Below, piece after piece: positions 26,601-35,857 of a stretch of DNA of 64,000 nucleotides; position 1 is the first letter of the stretch; each line of letters starts with the position of its first letter. Position numbers and translations under genes: made by a program. The stretch is from positions 869-64,868 of the forward strand of contig CAZUST010000003.1 of NCBI GenBank assembly GCA_964623335.1, written 5' to 3'. This stretch comes from an uncultured Candidatus Saccharibacteria bacterium (lineage in GTDB: Bacteria > Patescibacteriota > Minisyncoccia > Minisyncoccales > UBA5738). Below the pieces are notes generated by a model, which was not told the origin of the DNA, ran no database searches, and saw nothing but the letters and a program-made list of their open reading frames with translations.

Positions 26601-27684
26601 CCGCGAATATCATCAATAGCGCGAAGAAAAACATGGTCAGCGTTTGCTCGATCTTTTGCGGCGCGGGCCGGCGCATCACGGCTTCAATGGCCAAAAACAA
26701 CAGACGGCCGCCATCCAGAGCCGGAATTGGCAGGGCATTGAAAACCGCCAGGTAAACCGAAATCATGGCTACGAACTGCAGATAGTAGCTAAGCCCCATT
26801 TGCGCCTGCTCGTTCATCAGATTCATAATACCCACCGGACCGACAAGCTGGGCCCCCGGCGGCAATCCCTGTTTGTGCACCCAGCGATTGATCATCTCTC
26901 CCCAACCCTGAAAGACGCCGACAGTCATATTCCAGGTTGCTTGGAAGGCATTACCGACGGCTTGCCAGCCGGTATAAGATTTTTGCGCGGTGCGCATCAG
27001 AGCAATACCGATCACGCCCTCTCCGGCCGGCGGATTTTCGCGAGGGGTGAGCGCAACTTGCATTGATTGGCTACCCCGCTGAATGTCAACTAAAATTTCC
27101 TGGCCCTTATGCCCGTTAGCAAAATCCTGGAGTTGGGAAACCTTATCGACTGGAATGGATTGCGCCTCATCCGTTCCCAGCGTTATTTTTTTGATAATAT
27201 CGGAAGTCCGCAGTCCGGCCGCCGAAGCGGGCGAATTATCAGCCACGGCGACAATCTGAACTTGGGCATTATCGACGTTTTCACTGTCGTCAACCGCTTC
27301 CACCGCGCCGGAAAGATAAACATAAATAAGAAGAATAACGGCGATCATCCAGAAGGAAATCACCCCGGCGGCAATGATCAGCATTCTTTGCCATATCGGT
27401 TTGGAACCAAAGCTTCGGGGATCTTTGCCGGCATCGGATTTGGCGACGCCCTTATCGTCCTCGCGATCTTCGCCGTAAAGCCGCACAAACGCGCCAGCCG
27501 GGATCCAGTTAATGGAATAGATGGTTTCGCCGATCTTTTTGCCCCAAATGCGCGGCGGTAAAAACATCCCGAATTCCTCCACTTTGACGCCGAATTTTTT
27601 GGCAAGTAAAAAATGCCCAAGTTCGTGAATCACAATAAGCCCGATCAAACTGAAAAAAACTAAAAGAATTGTTGATAACATCAA
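26563..27684 (-). CDS. rseP: RseP-type site-2 protease (M50 zinc metalloprotease with PDZ domain)
   Basis: HELGHF zinc motif, multiple TM helices, an internal PDZ-like segment, and the LDGG motif. Confidence 0.8.
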   Translation of the reverse strand: MMLSTILLVFFSLIGLIVIHELGHFLLAKKFGVKVEEFGMFLPPRIWGKKIGETIYSINWIPAGAFVRLYGEDREDDKGVAKSDAGKDPRSFGSKPIWQRMLIIAAGVISFWMIAVILLIYVYLSGAVEAVDDSENVDNAQVQIVAVADNSPASAAGLRTSDIIKKITLGTDEAQSIPVDKVSQLQDFANGHKGQEILVDIQRGSQSMQVALTPRENPPAGEGVIGIALMRTAQKSYTGWQAVGNAFQATWNMTVGVFQGWGEMINRWVHKQGLPPGAQLVGPVGIMNLMNEQAQMGLSYYLQFVAMISVYLAVFNALPIPALDGGRLLFLAIEAVMRRPAPQKIEQTLTMFFFALLMIFAVVVTFQDIRRLL

Positions 27685-27700
27685 AATTCCGATTTATGAT

Positions 27701-27730
27701 TTATGATTTATGATTTATGAATAAAATGCG
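27701..27730. repeat. Heptamer tandem repeat (GATTTAT)x4, immediately upstream of the rseP start
   Basis: gatttatgatttatgatttatgatttatga. A related block lies upstream of rpsG at 62415-62455. Confidence 0.6.
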
Positions 27731-27780
27731 ATTCCGCTTTTATTCTTAAAAACCCTAAATCGCGGTTCGTAAATCGCAGA

Positions 27781-28338
27781 TTATTCGGAGATTTCTTTTT
27801 TCTTGCGGTCGCCGACTTCTTCAATCTTCTGACTGTAGCTATCGACGGTCTTTTGCAATTCGTCCTTGGCCTTGAATTTGTCATCTTCGCGAATTTCGCC
27901 TTCACGCTCAAGTTTCTGAATCTGCGACCAAGCGTCGTCACGGGCGCGGCGGATGGCTTGTCGAGTATCTTCCTGAACCTTGGAAATCACCCTAACAAGG
28001 CTCTGGCGATATTCGCTGGTCAAGTCGGGCATCGTGATGCGGATGACTGCCCCCTCCGGAACAGGCTGCAAGCCCAATTGCGATGCCTTGATCGCTTTCT
28101 GAATCGGCTCGAAATAGGATTTGTCCCAAGGCTGGATAACGATCTGGCGCGGTTCGGGAATCGAGATCATTGCCAGTTGTTTCAACGGGAATTTTTGGTC
28201 GAAACAGTCGACAACCATATCCTCCACAATCGCGGAACTGGCCCGGCCGGTGTGCACTTTGGAAAGTTCTTTTTCCAAATAAGCCATAGCTTTATCAAAT
28301 TCAGGGATAACTCTTTTTATCACATCCTTATAATCCAT
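27781..28338 (-). CDS. frr: Ribosome recycling factor
   Basis: Full-length match to RRF, including ...HTGRASSAIVEDMVVDCFDQK... and ...RNIRRDA-like segments. Confidence 0.9.
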   Translation of the reverse strand: MDYKDVIKRVIPEFDKAMAYLEKELSKVHTGRASSAIVEDMVVDCFDQKFPLKQLAMISIPEPRQIVIQPWDKSYFEPIQKAIKASQLGLQPVPEGAVIRITMPDLTSEYRQSLVRVISKVQEDTRQAIRRARDDAWSQIQKLEREGEIREDDKFKAKDELQKTVDSYSQKIEEVGDRKKKEISE

Positions 28339-28463
28339 AGATTTGAGTTAAAAATCAAAAGTCGCGTAAACGATTAAACCTAATATTCAAAGTATAACAT
28401 AATTTGAGCTCTTGTTAATCTTGACAAAAACATATAATTTGGGCCTGGCCAGCTCTTGTTTTT

Positions 28464-29405
28464 TTACAAATCCAACATAAAATACTCGATCGCGAGGCGC
28501 GAGCTGGCATTGGTGGTTTGCAAAACCATCCCTAGCTCATGAATTTTTTCCAATATGAGCGCGATCTTTTGAGGCGATGCCGAGGAAGCGTTTTTTAGTT
28601 TGGAAAACACAAATTGAGTGCTTTCGGGCGGCGCGGGTTCTTTTTTGCCGTTCAGGGCGACGAGCATTTTGTCGCGGAAATGCGATTGCCATATTTCCAG
28701 CAATTCGTCCAAATCCCGGCTGTCAGCAACTTTGGCCGCGTAAGCAAAACGCTCGGACATACCGGCGGAAATTACGCGGGAAAATTCTTCCGTTTTTTCT
28801 TGCCAAGCTTTGAGTTGGTCAGAGTCGGCCGCAAATTCAACCATCCGGCCGGGGCGGCCAAAGGACAGGCGTATGATTTCGGCACTTCCCTCGCTCCCCT
28901 TTAAATCGGGGAAACCGGCCATTTCTTTTGGGGAAACGAAATTGAATTGGAGTATTTGGCAGCGCGAGCGGATGGTTTCCAACAGACGATTGGAATTTTG
29001 CGCCACCAATACAATAACTGCGCTTCCGGGCGGTTCTTCAAGTGTTTTTAAAAGCGCATTTTGCGCTTCGGCGTTCATCAGATGAGCGTCGTCGATAAGA
29101 GCCGCCTTTACCGGTGCGACCGCGGGAGTTAGCGACAGCTTCCAGATCAGGTTGCGGATTTGAGCCACCGTAATCTCGGACGCCAATTTGCCGGTTTTTG
29201 GATCGGTAAGCGGCGCGACAAAAGCAAAATCCGGATGAGCGGCCGACGCGCTAAGGCGCGCGCCCAAAATTTCCGACAGCCACTCAAGAGCAACGGTTTT
29301 TTTGCCGATCTTAGAAGGGCCGCTTAGGATATAAGCGTGCGAAAGGCGGCCGTTCTGACGGGCCGCTTGCAGTATTTCCAATTGTTTTTGATGACCTATG
29401 ATCAT
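28464..29405 (-). CDS. holB: DNA polymerase III delta-prime subunit
   Basis: AAA+ clamp-loader N-terminus HAYILSGPSKIGKKT, about 310 aa in total. Confidence 0.75.
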   Translation of the reverse strand: MIIGHQKQLEILQAARQNGRLSHAYILSGPSKIGKKTVALEWLSEILGARLSASAAHPDFAFVAPLTDPKTGKLASEITVAQIRNLIWKLSLTPAVAPVKAALIDDAHLMNAEAQNALLKTLEEPPGSAVIVLVAQNSNRLLETIRSRCQILQFNFVSPKEMAGFPDLKGSEGSAEIIRLSFGRPGRMVEFAADSDQLKAWQEKTEEFSRVISAGMSERFAYAAKVADSRDLDELLEIWQSHFRDKMLVALNGKKEPAPPESTQFVFSKLKNASSASPQKIALILEKIHELGMVLQTTNASSRLAIEYFMLDL

Positions 29406-29711
29406 AAACTTTACGGAATTGCGCGTTTAAAATTCAAAATTAGGAGTCAAGCCCCTCGGAGCTTTCACTTCTCGGGGCTTGCGGTATCTGCATCGTCAAA
29501 GACGAAATTTTCTAGCCGCCGTACGCCAGTACGGTTTCGGCGCAATTTCATCTTTTCCTCGCACCTGCCGCAATCACGCAATTCCTGTCGCGTATTAACA
29601 ACCGCGTAGTCACCGGCCAATTGAATTTATATTTTTCAAATGTATTTCGCCTCCCGGAATAACGAACCCGCGAGCGGCGACTTTGGCGAAACGGAGAATT
29701 AACAAACTTTT

Positions 29712-29900
29712 CCGCGGAAATACCGTGCCACTTTGCGGTAGTTTATTTACCCGCCGGAATCCCTCGGGGATGAATGGCGGGGAATCAAACTATCACGCCG
29801 CCTTGGGCGCGCGGTAGTTTATTTACCCGCCGGAATCCCTCGGGGCCCTGCCCCGGGGATGAACGGCGGGGAATCAAACTATTGCAACGCTTTGCGATAG
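29712..29900. repeat. Tandem array of two full and one degenerate GC-rich hairpin repeat units (family 'GC-hairpin')
   Basis: The unit is ..GCGCGCGGTAGTTTATTTACCCGCCGGAATCCCTCGGGG(ccctgcccc)ATGAACGGCGGGGAATCAAACTAT... The stem CCCGCCG/CGGCGGG encloses ATCCC/GGGAT. The array abuts the stop codon of mreB paralog 2. Confidence 0.7.
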
Positions 29901-29901
29901 T

Positions 29902-30900
29902 TTATTTCTTGGCCATGATCGATTTTTTGTAGAATTCCAAGTTTTCCAAGACCGCGCCGGTACCTTTAGCCACGCAAAGCAGGGCATTGTCGGCGACGAC
30001 GCAAGGCACGCCGATGGAATTGGTAACCAGTTCGGCAAGATTGCGCATCAGGCTGGAACCGCCGGCCAAAACCATACCCTTATCCATAATGTCGGCAGAA
30101 AGTTCGGGGGGCGTGTCGCGCAAAACCACTTTGATCGTTTGCATAATTTCGGCCAAGGAGTCCTGCACGGCTTCACTTACCTCATTGGAATCGATCTTTA
30201 CATTGCGGGGAAGACCCGAAACAAGGTCGCGGCCCTTGATCTGCATTACTTTGGGTTCTTTTTCGGGGATGGCAGTGCCGATATTGATCTTGATATCCTC
30301 CGTGGTTTGGTCGCCAATCGCCAGATTGTACTTGCGTTTAACGTAATCGACAATCGCCGCGTCCATTTTGTCGCCGGCAATACGCAATGATTGGAAATTA
30401 ACGATCCCGCCCAGCGAGATCACCGCCACTTCAGAAGTACCGCCGCCGATATCCACAATCATATTGCCCGAGCAGGAATGAATCGGAACACCCGCGCCGA
30501 TCGCCGAAAGGATCGGCTCCTTGCAAAGGTAAACCGCTTTGGCGCCCGCGTTCATGCCCGCTTCAATGACGGCACGGCGTTCAGTGGAAGTGATACCGGC
30601 GGGAACACTGATAACCAGTTCAGGTTTGAAGAAACGGAATTTACCGGAAACCTTATCGATAAAATAACGGATCATCGCTTGAGTCACGACAAAATCGGCG
30701 ATCACGCCGTCTTTCATAGGCCGGTAAACCCGGATCGTGTCCGGAGTGCGCCCGATCATCTCGTTGGCTTCGCGGCCTACCGCCAAAATTTTGTTATCGT
30801 CCAGGTCAACGGCCACCACCGACGGTTCCTGCAGAACGACGCCTTTTTTGGGCACGAATACCAGCGAATTCCTTGTTCCCAAGTCGATTCCAATTTTCAT
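29902..30900 (-). CDS. mreB: Rod-shape-determining actin homolog MreB (paralog 2)
   Basis: MKIGIDLGTRNSLVFV, DIGGGTSEVAVISLGG, and an MreB-like sequence throughout. Confidence 0.85.
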   Translation of the reverse strand: MKIGIDLGTRNSLVFVPKKGVVLQEPSVVAVDLDDNKILAVGREANEMIGRTPDTIRVYRPMKDGVIADFVVTQAMIRYFIDKVSGKFRFFKPELVISVPAGITSTERRAVIEAGMNAGAKAVYLCKEPILSAIGAGVPIHSCSGNMIVDIGGGTSEVAVISLGGIVNFQSLRIAGDKMDAAIVDYVKRKYNLAIGDQTTEDIKINIGTAIPEKEPKVMQIKGRDLVSGLPRNVKIDSNEVSEAVQDSLAEIMQTIKVVLRDTPPELSADIMDKGMVLAGGSSLMRNLAELVTNSIGVPCVVADNALLCVAKGTGAVLENLEFYKKSIMAKK

Positions 30901-30984
30901 ATCAGTTCGAAAATTTATTAATCTGGCAGAATACCCCGACGCAGAACATCAAGAATAGATGCCAGCCCGTAGCATAACGGTAAC

Positions 30985-31135
30985 GAAGCGGAGGATTAAC
31001 AAACTTTTTCGCGAGAATACCGCGCCGCCTTGGGCGCGCGGTAGTTTATTTACCCGCCGGAATCCCTCGGGGATGAACGGCGGGGAATCAAACTATCACG
31101 CCGCCTTGGGCGCGCGGTAGTTTATTGAGAAAGTC
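30985..31135. repeat. GC-rich hairpin repeat unit plus partial unit, with the GAGGATTAACAAACTTTTTCGCG flank
   Basis: Same unit as at 29.7 kb, including the identical ACCCGCCGGAATCCCTCGGGGATGAACGGCGGGG core. Confidence 0.7.
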
Positions 31136-31204
31136 TTAACCGTGTTTTTGAGTTCTTTAACTCTAGCCCATTTTGCGAATTTAATCAATTCGAATTTCCC
31201 GCAG

Positions 31205-31320
31205 TAAAATAAATTTTATATTTTCCATTTGAGGCCGCGATCGGGGTATTAACCCCGATCTTGCGGCCAAAGGGGGCACCCCTTGCAAGATTACTTGCGA
31301 ATTACCTAAGGAATCCTTTT
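31205..31320 (+). repeat. Copy c of the 'AT-box plus three-hairpin' structured element
   Basis: Hairpins GCCGCGATCGGGGtattaaCCCCGATCttGCGGC and AAGGGGgcaCCCCTT show compensatory changes relative to copies b and d. Confidence 0.55.
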
Positions 31321-31572
31321 GGCGCGCCCCGGGGCAAAGCCCCGAGGTATTCTGGCGGGTAAATAAAGAAAAGGAGCGATTGAATCGCCCATGCCGTTAC
31401 GTGTCAGCGGGCGCACCCGACTCGCACCTCCTTAATGTCGCTTTGACAATTACTCCGGAAAGAGCGCGCGGTTCACCATCTTTGCGCTCCGCGCGAAAAC
31501 ATTCCGGGTGAATGCATATCGGACCGGCTAAATCCGTCATTGTTACGACCTCTTTTGCAATGTTTATATTAT

Positions 31573-31761
31573 AGACCTACTGCGTAAATATTTCCTACTG
31601 CAATTTCCATATTTTGGCTGCGCCGAATTCGTCAATCGTCGGCATATTTAAGCCAATATGCCTCCCTCGTTTTTGTGAAACGAGACTGCGAGCAGACATT
31701 CCTCATTCGGCTCGCGCGAAATCTGAAAATTTAGTCGCGTAAATATTTACGCAGTAGGTCT
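31573..31761. mobile_element. MITE-like element copy 1 (189 bp, 21-bp terminal inverted repeats AGACCTACTGCGTAAATATTT)
   Basis: The termini are exact reverse complements. Internal hairpins include CTCGTTTttgtgaaACGAG. The copy at 32996-33185 is nearly identical. Confidence 0.65.
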
Positions 31762-31767
31762 TATAAT

Positions 31768-32949
31768 TTAATTCTTCCGGTTTTCAGCCAGCACTGTCGC
31801 GACAACTACCGCCAGCACGACCGCAGAACCGGTAAAGAAAAGCCGGCGGTAGCCCAGAGGAGCGATCAGTAATCCCGCGGTTAAAGAACCGAGGGCCGTA
31901 CCCAAGGGCGAAAAAATCGTGTCGAACGCGGCCGCCTCTTCCGGTTCGTTCTTAGATTTGCCGGCGATCAAAGACGAACGGCCGGCGTTGCAAATAAACG
32001 CGCCAGCACCTTTAAAAAAATCCACGATAAATACCGCCAGGAAATTCAGACAGGCCGCCGGAAAGGCGAAAAAACCGGAAAACAGTCCCGCGGTCACCGC
32101 GCCCCGGATAATACTGGCACGGCCATTGTTCTTTTGATGCCGGCGGATGAAAACAAAATAGATAACCGAAAAAAATGCCGACGAGGCCGCGGTGTAGAAG
32201 ATCACCATATCGCGAGTCCAAGCCAGCGAGTCTTTAAGAAAAAGGACGAAAAATGCCGCGTAAAGGCCGCTCATCCAAAGCACCGCCGAAGATACGGCCA
32301 GATAAGGCAGTATTTTGATATCGGCGATACGCGCAAAAAGATGCCGCCACTGGGCGGTCCAACCAGTTAGGGAAATTTTGCGGCCGTTAAATTTAGCCGA
32401 AACACCCCAAAGGCGCGTTGCGGCCACGGCCAGCGCGGACAAAGTGATGGCCACGCTCAATGAGAAAACCGCCGTAAAACCGGAGCGCCAAATCAAAAAT
32501 CCACCGATAACCGGCGCGATCGCATCGGCCCAGATGGGCGCGTTATAAAACCAGGAAAATCCGTGCTCGATATTTCGCAAAGGATAGGCCATCAACAAGA
32601 TGCGGCAGGAAGTAAAAAATAGCGACGCCGAAACCCCCAGCGCAATCTGCCAGTAATAGAAATACGTTTCCCGGGCGCCAAAAATCATCGCCAGCGCGTA
32701 GGCGCCGTAGCCAAAAATTCCCAACATCATCATCAACGCCGGATTGGTTTTGCGCGAAAAAAATCCGGCCAGCGGGGCGCACAACGCGATCGGCAAATAA
32801 ACCAGCAGATAAGAATAACCAATTTGCGGCAACGAAAGCCCTTCAGCCGCCAAGAACAACGGGAAATAAGCCGAAAACAGTTTATAACCGAACATCAGTA
32901 AAAAATGAACCGCGGTAACATCGCGGACAACCAAGGAATTATTTTCCAT
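31768..32949 (-). CDS. MFS-family transporter
   Basis: About 12 predicted TM helices with MFS-like organisation. The gene is flanked on both sides by the same MITE. Confidence 0.7.
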   Translation of the reverse strand: MENNSLVVRDVTAVHFLLMFGYKLFSAYFPLFLAAEGLSLPQIGYSYLLVYLPIALCAPLAGFFSRKTNPALMMMLGIFGYGAYALAMIFGARETYFYYWQIALGVSASLFFTSCRILLMAYPLRNIEHGFSWFYNAPIWADAIAPVIGGFLIWRSGFTAVFSLSVAITLSALAVAATRLWGVSAKFNGRKISLTGWTAQWRHLFARIADIKILPYLAVSSAVLWMSGLYAAFFVLFLKDSLAWTRDMVIFYTAASSAFFSVIYFVFIRRHQKNNGRASIIRGAVTAGLFSGFFAFPAACLNFLAVFIVDFFKGAGAFICNAGRSSLIAGKSKNEPEEAAAFDTIFSPLGTALGSLTAGLLIAPLGYRRLFFTGSAVVLAVVVATVLAENRKN

Positions 32950-32995
32950 ACAAAATTATTCTAGCACAACAATTAAATTTAAGTATTTATATAAT

Positions 32996-33185
32996 AGACC
33001 TGCTGCGTAAATATTTCCTACTGCAATTTCCATATTTTGGCTGCGCCGAATTCGTCAATCGTCGGCATATTTAAGCCAATATGCCTCCCTCGTTTTTGTG
33101 AAACGAGACTGCGAGCAGACATTCCTCATTCGGCTCGCGCGAAATCTGAAAATTTAGTCGCGTAAATATTTACGCAGTAGGTCTA
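32996..33185. mobile_element. MITE-like element copy 2 (190 bp), direct orientation relative to copy 1
   Basis: About 99% identical to copy 1, with one TIR mismatch (AGACCTGCTG). Confidence 0.65.
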
Positions 33186-33238
33186 ATAAAAAAAGCATTT
33201 TCTCGTTCCTTTTGTATAAAAAGAAATAAGAAAATGCT

Positions 33239-33853
33239 TTATAACGATACGGGCCAGTCAGCCTGTATCTCCTGTATCTTTTGCAATTCTTTCATTGCCG
33301 CCATCGCATATTCCTGCTTGGGGCTTTGGGTCAGCCCCATAAGCGCCATGCAGTGCATGCGCTTGCCCTTGCCGCTCAACAGCCCCTTGCCGGAAATACC
33401 TTTTGCCTCATTAGCCGGCTCAAAGGTTTGGGCCAGTGTGTGCAATGTTTCCGTATCCACCCAGATCACTTCTCTGTCGTCCCCGCTATCGGCAAAAGTG
33501 AAACGGGGATGCGGCTCGTGATAAATCGTAACCATAGCTTGGTCACGCGTCTTCTCGTTTCCGAGAAAGACGGTGTAAAATGCCGGCATTTTTGAAAGGA
33601 AAATTCTTATTCCGGCACGATCCAACACCGCCTTTTCGACGGTCAACGCGGCGTGATTATAGCCGTACTTATCACCTTCGGTGGTAAGCATAGCACGACC
33701 CGGCAACTCAAAATTACCACGGTAGGAAACCCCTTCGTTGATTGAAGTGGTTGCGGTGCGGCGGTAGAGAAGTAATTTCCCAAAATCTTTTCCCTCTTCA
33801 TTGTTAATTATCGCAGCGTAAACGCCGATCGATGCGATTATTTTTTCTTCCAA
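33239..33853 (-). CDS. Hypothetical protein, possibly a Nudix-fold protein with a degenerate Nudix box
   Basis: GNFELPGRAML...EKAVLDRAGI resembles GX5EX7REUXEEXGU, but the catalytic Glu residues are not conserved. Confidence 0.35.
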   Translation of the reverse strand: MEEKIIASIGVYAAIINNEEGKDFGKLLLYRRTATTSINEGVSYRGNFELPGRAMLTTEGDKYGYNHAALTVEKAVLDRAGIRIFLSKMPAFYTVFLGNEKTRDQAMVTIYHEPHPRFTFADSGDDREVIWVDTETLHTLAQTFEPANEAKGISGKGLLSGKGKRMHCMALMGLTQSPKQEYAMAAMKELQKIQEIQADWPVSL

Positions 33854-34002
33854 GATTAAAACCTCCTGTAATTTCAGTTTATTTATTTTATGATTATTTT
33901 TAGTTTATGTCAATAGCTATCGCGCGGTTGAAAATTTTGGCCAATATTATAAGCTCTAATTAATGGCACCTGTCCGTTTTATCCGCGGCGGGAAAATTTC
34001 TC

Positions 34003-35328
34003 ATGAATTACATTGTTCGCAAAACGATCTTCATTTTTTTTGTTTTGCTTTTTATTATCGCGGCGCCCAGCCTGGCGCTTTACGCGCAAGGATACCGGCT
34101 GAATCTCCCCTACACCAACGGGGCTAAACTGATCGTAAAAACCGGCGGCGTATTTCTTAAAGTAAATCCGAAGCAAGCCGATGTTTACGTCAACGGCAAT
34201 CTTTCCGAACAGACCGATTTTTTCCTTGGTTCATCTTTGGTTGAGAATCTGTTGCCCCGCAAATACAATATTGAAGTAAAAAAATCCGGCTATAAGCCTT
34301 GGAATAAAAACCTTGAAGTGAAAGAAAAGGAAGTCACGGAAGCGCGCAATATTTTGCTTTTTCCGGAAAAACTGGCTTTTTCGCCCGTCGAGGAAAATAT
34401 CGTAGATATTTCAGCCGCCCCAGACCAGACTAAAATCGCGATTCAAGAGCGAACCGCCGACGGCTGGAATTTGCGGCTTTACGATCTGGCCAGCGGCATG
34501 ACCACCAGTTTGGCCGATGACGGCGACTTTTCAGTCAAAGACGCAACCATGGCCGGCTTGGAGTGGATCGATAATTCCCAAACATTAAAGGTGTCGATTT
34601 GGGCGAATAATAAAACCGCGGATTATGCCATCGCCACCGACAAAACTCCGGCCAAAATCGCGCGGCTGACGACAGATACGGCCGCGAATATCTCTACCAC
34701 GACGGTGGATTTGGCAACGGACAGCACGGACGGCAACACCTATAAATTGCAACAGGACGGCTATATCTATAAAAAACCCGCGCAAAAACAAGCTGAAAAG
34801 ATTTCTGAAGCAAGAATGGAGATTGATCCGGCGGCAACTTATAAGTTATGGGTTATTCGCGATTACTATTTCGTTAAAAAAGGATTTGAACTTTACGTAC
34901 TTGTTCCCGGGGCAACTAATTTTAAAAAAATATTCGACGGTTTAACATCGAATCCGGAACTTTCGCCCGACGGTAAAAAAGTAGTATACACGTCAAATTC
35001 CGAAGTCTGGGTATTTTTCTTGGACGATAAAATCGACCAACCCGCTGCCCGGGCCGGCGACAACGAGTTTATCATCCGGCTTTCGGAAAAAATCTCCGAT
35101 TGCCGCTGGCTAAACCCGAACCACTTGATATTCATTGCCGGACAAACAATCAGGGCCGCCGAGATCGACACCCGCGACCGGGTGAATATAATCGAACTGG
35201 CGAAAATATCCGATATTACCGGCAACGAACAAGCGTCGGAAGGCGCACGGCTTTTTTGGGACAACAACAGCAAGACAGCTTATATATTCGCCAACCAAGC
35301 ACTTTACCGATCCACCCCGATAGAATAA
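34003..35328 (+). CDS. Membrane-anchored protein with a PEGA-like domain and a TolB-like beta-propeller region
   Basis: N-terminal TM helix. VKVNPKQADVYVNGNL is PEGA-like. SPDGKKVVYTSN is a propeller blade motif. Confidence 0.45.
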   Translation: MNYIVRKTIFIFFVLLFIIAAPSLALYAQGYRLNLPYTNGAKLIVKTGGVFLKVNPKQADVYVNGNLSEQTDFFLGSSLVENLLPRKYNIEVKKSGYKPWNKNLEVKEKEVTEARNILLFPEKLAFSPVEENIVDISAAPDQTKIAIQERTADGWNLRLYDLASGMTTSLADDGDFSVKDATMAGLEWIDNSQTLKVSIWANNKTADYAIATDKTPAKIARLTTDTAANISTTTVDLATDSTDGNTYKLQQDGYIYKKPAQKQAEKISEARMEIDPAATYKLWVIRDYYFVKKGFELYVLVPGATNFKKIFDGLTSNPELSPDGKKVVYTSNSEVWVFFLDDKIDQPAARAGDNEFIIRLSEKISDCRWLNPNHLIFIAGQTIRAAEIDTRDRVNIIELAKISDITGNEQASEGARLFWDNNSKTAYIFANQALYRSTPIE

Positions 35329-35380
35329 TACCATAAGTGTTGTAATCGGTTTTTAAAAGCTGCGGCACAGGGCGGTTGTA

Positions 35381-35516
35381 AAAAATATATTTTCCAAATG
35401 TGTCTCGATACCGCGGGGCGTTAATGCCGCGGATCAGCCAAAGGAGCGCCTCTTTGGGAATCCTCGAAATCAGTAATCCTGAGGCAAGATCTCAAGGAAT
35501 TACCGATTTTAAAAAC
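35381..35516 (+). repeat. Copy d of the 'AT-box plus three-hairpin' structured element (in the 3' UTR of the plus-strand gene 34003-35328, before its terminator)
   Basis: About 85% identical to copy b. Stem changes are CCGCAAT to CAGTAAT and ATTGCGG to ATTACCG. Confidence 0.6.
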
Positions 35517-35518
35517 TA

Positions 35519-35552
35519 AAAACCGTCCCGAGGTTGCCGGGACGGTTTTTTT
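35519..35552. terminator. Bidirectional rho-independent terminator
   Basis: AAAAACCGTCCCGaggttgCCGGGACGGTTTTTTTAG, with A/T runs on both sides. It sits between convergent genes. Confidence 0.6.
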
Positions 35553-35589
35553 AGTTTCAATATTATTCAGCAGAAATTACCTAAAACTA

Positions 35590-35778
35590 TTGTTTGGCGG
35601 ATTCGCAAATCCCTTATCAAATTTATATTTTGTTTTACCTCCTCTCCGGAAGACGGCCTTAACGGCGCGGATATCGCTAATATTGCATCAAGGATATATC
35701 CTTACGGAGTATCTAAGAAGTTATCATCCCATCGGTTCCCAAGAATTTGTCCCAGAGGCTATCTTCGGATAAACTACC
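35590..35778. repeat. Composite ~190-nt element (family 3), copy 1
   Basis: The segment ...GCGGATATCGCTAATATTGCATCAAGGAT...GTATCTAAGAAGTTATCATCCCATCGG...TATCttcgGATAAACTACC is about 75% identical to 49200-49350. A partial copy lies at 4850-4932. Confidence 0.55.
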
Positions 35779-35857
35779 CGGAGCAAAACCCCGGGTATTC
35801 TGGCGGGGAAATAAAACCCAAAAGGTATGTTTACCATCGAAAGGGATCCTTTAATCC

